Assembly: GCF_004010195.1 (NCBI RefSeq)
Contig: NC_057750.1
Span: 11,879,144 to 11,943,143 of the forward strand
Direction of reading: 5' to 3'
Origin: Chiloscyllium plagiosum
Taxonomy: Eukaryota
Length of the DNA: 64,000 nucleotides
Under the pieces are notes generated by a model. It was given only the letters and a program-made list of their open reading frames with translations. It did no database searches and was not told the origin of the DNA. The first letter of the stretch is position 1, and the number at the start of each line of letters is the position of its first letter. Position numbers and translations under genes: made by a program. Below, one piece after another: positions 53,201 through 59,200 of the stretch.

Positions 53201-56200
53201 GCCAGGAGGAGGGTCATGTCAGGGGTCACAGGGCAGAGCTGTGACAGTGGGGCAGAGGATCCGTGAGGGTGGAGGGTTGGTTTGGAAAGCTGGCAATCTC
53301 TGCAGTGGCCATTGCTGCCTGGGAAATTGCAACCCCCATTTTGGATTCCATCCTCCACTTTGGCAAGTTCTGCTCCAGATGTTTCACAAAGTGCATGTAA
53401 GAGGAAGTGTAGCAGCCTTGTGGGAAGTTGATCAATAAAATTTTGCAGCGTGAAAAGATGCTCTTTGGTCCATCTGTGTCTGCACTCATCATCAAGTATC
53501 TCTAGTCAACTCTAGTCCCCTTTTCAAGTACTTGACCTGTAGCCATTAATACAATGGCATTTCAAGTATTCATCAAAATACTTAAATGTGATATTCCCTA
53601 CCTCTACTCCCTGCTTTCAGATGTGGAAGTTTTAATTTAAATTTAAATCTGCCCCATCGTTATTGATCCCTCTACTAAGGAAGTTGGAAGATGTGGACAA
53701 AACTGAGGGTTAGAGTTGATGGCTCTTGCTTGATTTGTATAATAAAGTGACGGTGATGTACCCCAGAATTGTTTCTACACTGTTTGGATTAGTTATAGGG
53801 CAGAGTGTAATATTATTTGCTGATGATTCAAATCTGAAAGGTTTATTACTGGTACTGTAAAAAGATTTAAGGTCAGTCCGGGTGGAATGATGAGCAGTGG
53901 AAGAAGACTGTCATCCTTCCAAAATCAAAGGATGCAATTAAATAGGGAATGGAGGTATACAGTAAATGGGTGGACACTGAATCTACAGAACAAGATAGGG
54001 ATTTGAATACAAACAATAAAAATTCAAAATAAACAAGTTAGTATTTAATGTCTTATAAGTAGCACAGAGGCAGGGAGGAAAATGAGTCACACAATAGTTG
54101 GCCACTGTGCAACTTTCAGTGCCTCGTTTCAAGTTAGGACATTAAAGTCATGTACAGATTGCTCAGGGTGATGCCACAGTGAGGTGAGAGAATAGAAATT
54201 TCTTGATGCTGAGTTGTCGGAACATTGGATTCAGGTAGATGCCATTGCATTTTTTCTTAAAGGAAAATTAGATCAACATTTGAGTCAGAAGAAAATACAA
54301 GCGAATGGGGAAAAAGAGTGGGGTCACAGCTTTCACTTTAACTGACAGCCAACTGGCATCCTATGCTCACTGTTTCAAAATGCAATGATTTCAGTTATAA
54401 GCTAGTGTGCTGGTGTCAATAAAAATATTCACTTGTCTGCATACAGTCAGGTATCTTTTCCTATTAACTAGGATATCCTTTCCAGGAACATTATTACTGT
54501 TCTCACCTTCCCCCTCACCATTATTAACATGTGTCTTTACTTTTTATGCTAGTCTGGTGACACTACCATCATGCCATAATTATTAGGTATGCAGTTATTT
54601 TGTTTTTTTACAAAATATATGCAAATTGTTGCTTGTCCAGAGCACTGCTTCTGAGAGATGTGGTCTCTTTGACTGTGATGTGAGCAATGCACGTTCTTGT
54701 TCTATATAGTGCATGTAGCTCCAACATTGAATAAATCATGGTTCATCTGATTGTGTTCTGAACTCCATATGCCCCTCGACCTGAGTGACTTCTGATTCCC
54801 TTGCCTAACCAGACTCTATCTACCTCCACCTTTAAAAGTAATCCAGTGACCCTGCCTTATGAGACAGAGTTCCAAAGAAAAACAAATCCCTTACCTCTAT
54901 CCCAAAAGGCAGCTCCTAATTCTAAAACAGTCTCCCTCTTGTTCTGCTTTGTTTTCATTGATAAGGCTGGATTTTCAGCAATTATATAAGTAGATTGTAC
55001 CATATAAGACCAGCACTTTCAAATACGAAGACAAAACAGTTGTATTCTGAAAGTCCCTGTTAAGGTTAGGAATTGTAATCTGTAACATGAATGAGAGACA
55101 ATATCTGGTAGTGTGTTAAAACAACAGTTTTATTGAAAGCAGTGATAATAGTAGTACAGGTACACAATCCTTTGTCCAAAATCTGGAAAGCTCTGAAATC
55201 CGAAATTTTCTTGTGGAGTGTGGAGCGTCATTTTGGCGTGTGAGCCACGTCACTCAGATGTGACATGGTGGTGTGGCCCAGCACCGGTGTCTCAGTGCTC
55301 GTACTAGTCCCATGTTCGTCTGCTGTTTGGGGTTTGTTTAAATTTCACTGTGAAAATGTCATTTATTCTGAAGTTCAAAAAATTCCGACTTCTGGAAAAC
55401 AACTGGCCCCAAGGATTCCGGATAAAGGATTGTGTACCCGTACTATAAAAATAATTACATTTAAAAGAAAGGAAAGATAACTTTTAATGAAAGAGCGTGA
55501 GAGGAAATGTGTGAGAGTGAGAGGAAATGCACCTTTATTTATAGCACAAACAGTAAGTCCAAATTCGTGTATCCACATTCCACAATGATAAAGTAATGCA
55601 AAATTAATCTGTCTGTGCCAGATCATTAAAATGGTAGACAAATATTTGGTATGTAGATCACCAGATCTCTGGATATTACATAGGGTGAGATTCTCAGTTC
55701 CGCTCTTTTCATCGGTCGTTGACCACTCGAAGGCAGCAGCAAATTTCTGGCTCCATTCCAGTCTTTTGAGGCTTCGTCCTGACTCTGCCTGAATAAAAGG
55801 CCTGAACAAACCATGGATTGGTATTTCTCACAGATTTGGTAAACTCTGCACACTTACCAGAACTCCAATTGTTGACCATTCTTGATGATGCCTCCCATTT
55901 GTTTAGTGTCCATCAATCGACCTCCATTTCATTGACCAACCCATGGCAGGCTAATTGTTGTCCCATCATGTAGTTCAGGGGTCATGTGGTCAATGCAGTA
56001 AGGACAATTAGGGGGAAAAAGAAACCATTTTTGGTGATTAAACAGTATCCAGTCAAATCAACAATGGTAGTTGTTATATCCTTGGGAGTAGGGCACAAGT
56101 TTATAGTTGAATAATGCCATGGATTACAGAATTGGTTAATTTTGACTTTATTGAAGGATCATCCAGTTTCAAGCACTGTTTACAATGTATAAATTCAGTT

Positions 56201-59200
56201 CAGGGATATTTAAAGATCAAAAGTAAATCAAAAATTAGATATAAAAGAAAAAATTGTAAAAATTGATCATTTCTTGTTGTAGGCCTATAGCTCCTTGAAA
56301 TATTCACACCAAAATATCTCCAATGGTATTTCACTGAACTTGATTCTGAGGGAGCACATCAGATAACTTTAGGAAAAAGGATTGCTAAAGGGGCTTGTAG
56401 CCTAGAGGTGAGAAATAAGTCATAATAAAAATAAGACATTTGTTGGGAAAATTGGTAAACTGGAGAGTGAAAGATTTGCTGATTAGCTCACTTGGCTGGA
56501 CGGCTGGTTTGCAATGCAGAATAATTCTGACAACATAGGTTCAATTCCCACACTGGCTGAAGTTATCAGAAAGGATTCTCCATTTAATCTTTCCTCTCAG
56601 CTGAGGTGTGGTGACTCTCAGGTAAAACCACCGCCTCTCTTTCACTGTAATGAGAGACCAGGCCTGTGGTTCATTAGGACTATCACAACTTTTATTTAAA
56701 ATAAATATTGCTGTAATGAGTAACCTTACAGTGAGATTGTGTTTCCCAAATGTTGGAAGTACATCTGACAATAGCTTTTCTGTTTTAGTGTTCCCTTGGT
56801 GTGAGGGGCGAGGGATTATATAAGGGACTGCTCATTTCCTTCACTGATAGAAACGGAATGGATTATTGTACCATCCTGTGATCTGTCAAATGGCTGGGAC
56901 ATTTAATAAGATGGGAAGTAGGCGTCTAAAATAGTCATAAAAATTCTTGCATCCTGTCTCTGTATATAGAGAGGTACTGACACTGTTAGAGGTAGATTGA
57001 GACTTAATATATCTAAACAAGGAATTGTACAAAGTACAATGAACCAAGCTCATGATTAAAAACGCAACAAGGTTACTTGATGATATTGACATTATTCATT
57101 TGCCAAATATGTTGAGTGGTGGGTAGCTGCAGTACAGGAGTTAATGAGTTAGCCACTTAAAGCACTAGGGTCTCTTATGAGATTGTAGGGGAATTTGCCC
57201 AATAATTTCCATTCTGACAGGGATTTGAGTGTTACTGTACACAGCTGCAGAGACTGATTTAACCAAAGATTTTGAAACAAAACAGATTAAACTATGCAGT
57301 TTCTATGGTTATCACAGCCACTTCTGTCAAACCCATGATTCCTATTTTTGATCGTTGATCTTGTAATGGTACGAAGTAACGCAACATTTCGTACATTACA
57401 TTACTTTATGAATTGGCATGATTTGGAAACTTTTAACAGTCAGGAATCACCACTTGTTTGTGCACTAAATTCTAATTTTAATTGGTTTTCAGATGGAAAT
57501 TATTTGGCCTAAAACTGTCTATTTTGTCTCCAGGCAGACAGGGTTTGTTACTTTTGTGATTATTGTTCTGAGGCCCAGAGCATTTGGAGGTTGCTGGAAA
57601 AGATGTAGATAGGTAGAGATTGTCAGTCCTGGATGCTTGAAATTTTCAGTCATAAGAGCACATGTGCTGAGACATTTATGCTGTTGGTTTAGTTTGTCTA
57701 AATTGTGGAGCAACAAGAGATCTTCCTAAGCCTATCAAGCCCCTGTCCAATTTATACAACAGTGAAACAGTTTGGATACTTGCTAGGTTTTGCGGGTAAG
57801 TTTCTTTTCTGGAAGGGTACGAGGGAGGTGCCCACCCTTCCAGAACATTGAGCTATGAGGGGGACAAACTGTTTATTTCATCGTTTACAGGCCACAATGT
57901 CTGCAAACCAAGCAACAAATAATGAACAATTTTGCCTCTTCTTTGTCACCATTGCTAGACAAATGTTTATGGATCAGCACAGAGACGAAAAATGCGTCCT
58001 TTTGAAGGGTTTCAACGCAAGGCTATTGTAATTTGTCCCACGGACGCCGATTTAAAACAACGGACAATAAAGCGCACTGATGAGGAAGGAAAGGATGTTC
58101 CTGATCATGCAGTTTTAGAAATGAAAGGTAGGAAACTGGAAACATCCACCCTGTTTAAAAAAAGTCAGAAGGAAAAAAAAACAACAGTCAGATAGCTCTC
58201 TTCCCTTCTTCATCCTTTGTTATTGTTCCCACATCAAACCCATTTCACCGTCTCTTTCCTCTTACCAGATGTACACACTATAAACCCCAGGTTAGTAACC
58301 AAGAATGTTCTGACCATCACCAGATTCTCTGATTTATGTGGTGTCCATAAGTGCGTTGATGGCAACCAGTTACACAATGTCAAGTGATCTGCTTGGAAAT
58401 TCAGAAGCAGTTTTCTGGTGATGGCAGTATTTTTTTCTTTAATTTTGTTTTTCCTTGCACCCTGCTTTCTCCCAGCGATGAGTGGCATTGGCTCCCCGGC
58501 GCAAAGATCCGTCCTGTGGCGGTTCAATCATGACTTCTGCCAGACCTGAGTTTGGCCATTAACGTGTCTCCTCTTGTGTTTCTTCTTTTCCTCTTGGTCT
58601 CATTTTGTGCGTGTGGCTCCCAGCGAACTTCACCCTGCCCGAGGCCGACGAGTTCCTGGATGACGTCACATACGTAGAGCTGCAGAAGGAGGAGTCGCTG
58701 AAGCTGGTGAGTGAATACAACGAGGAAGGGAAAAAGGCCGGCCCTCCTCCGGACAAGCGATTCGACAACCGATCTGGCGGCTTCCGTGGACGTGGAAACT
58801 TCAACCGGTTTGACAATCGCGGTGGACAGGCAACCCGTGGGTTCACCCGTGGTGGATTCCGACCAGGTTAGTGGCTGGGGCCATTGAGAGAGGTCCCAAG
58901 TTTGCATTGTTTTTAAATTAGCCTCAATGAAGCACTTGTGGCTCCACTTACTAGCTAATGATGGAAAGGGTTCTAACTTTAAAAGCTGGTGTCATGTCAG
59001 AAGCACTTGTTCACAGACAGACTGAACTTTACTCTGGGAGTAGTGGTTCCACCCTGCTTCGTCTAAAAGTGAGGGGTGATCCCACTTCCAATTGGCCAGC
59101 TTTCCCCACAGCCACTGTAATTGGCTTGAGGTTGGACATCGGGCCTCAGAGGAAATCCCACCTCAGAGCTGGCAACCACTCAGTTCATTGGAAGATTTCA

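Noticed and set aside
55600..56000. 144-aa minus-strand ORF in intron 10
   Set aside because: No recognisable motif or splice support, and it runs into a MITE.
58524..58907. Antisense ORFs over exon 12 (127 and 95 aa)
   Set aside because: Expected shadow ORFs of a GC-rich coding exon, with no recognisable protein.
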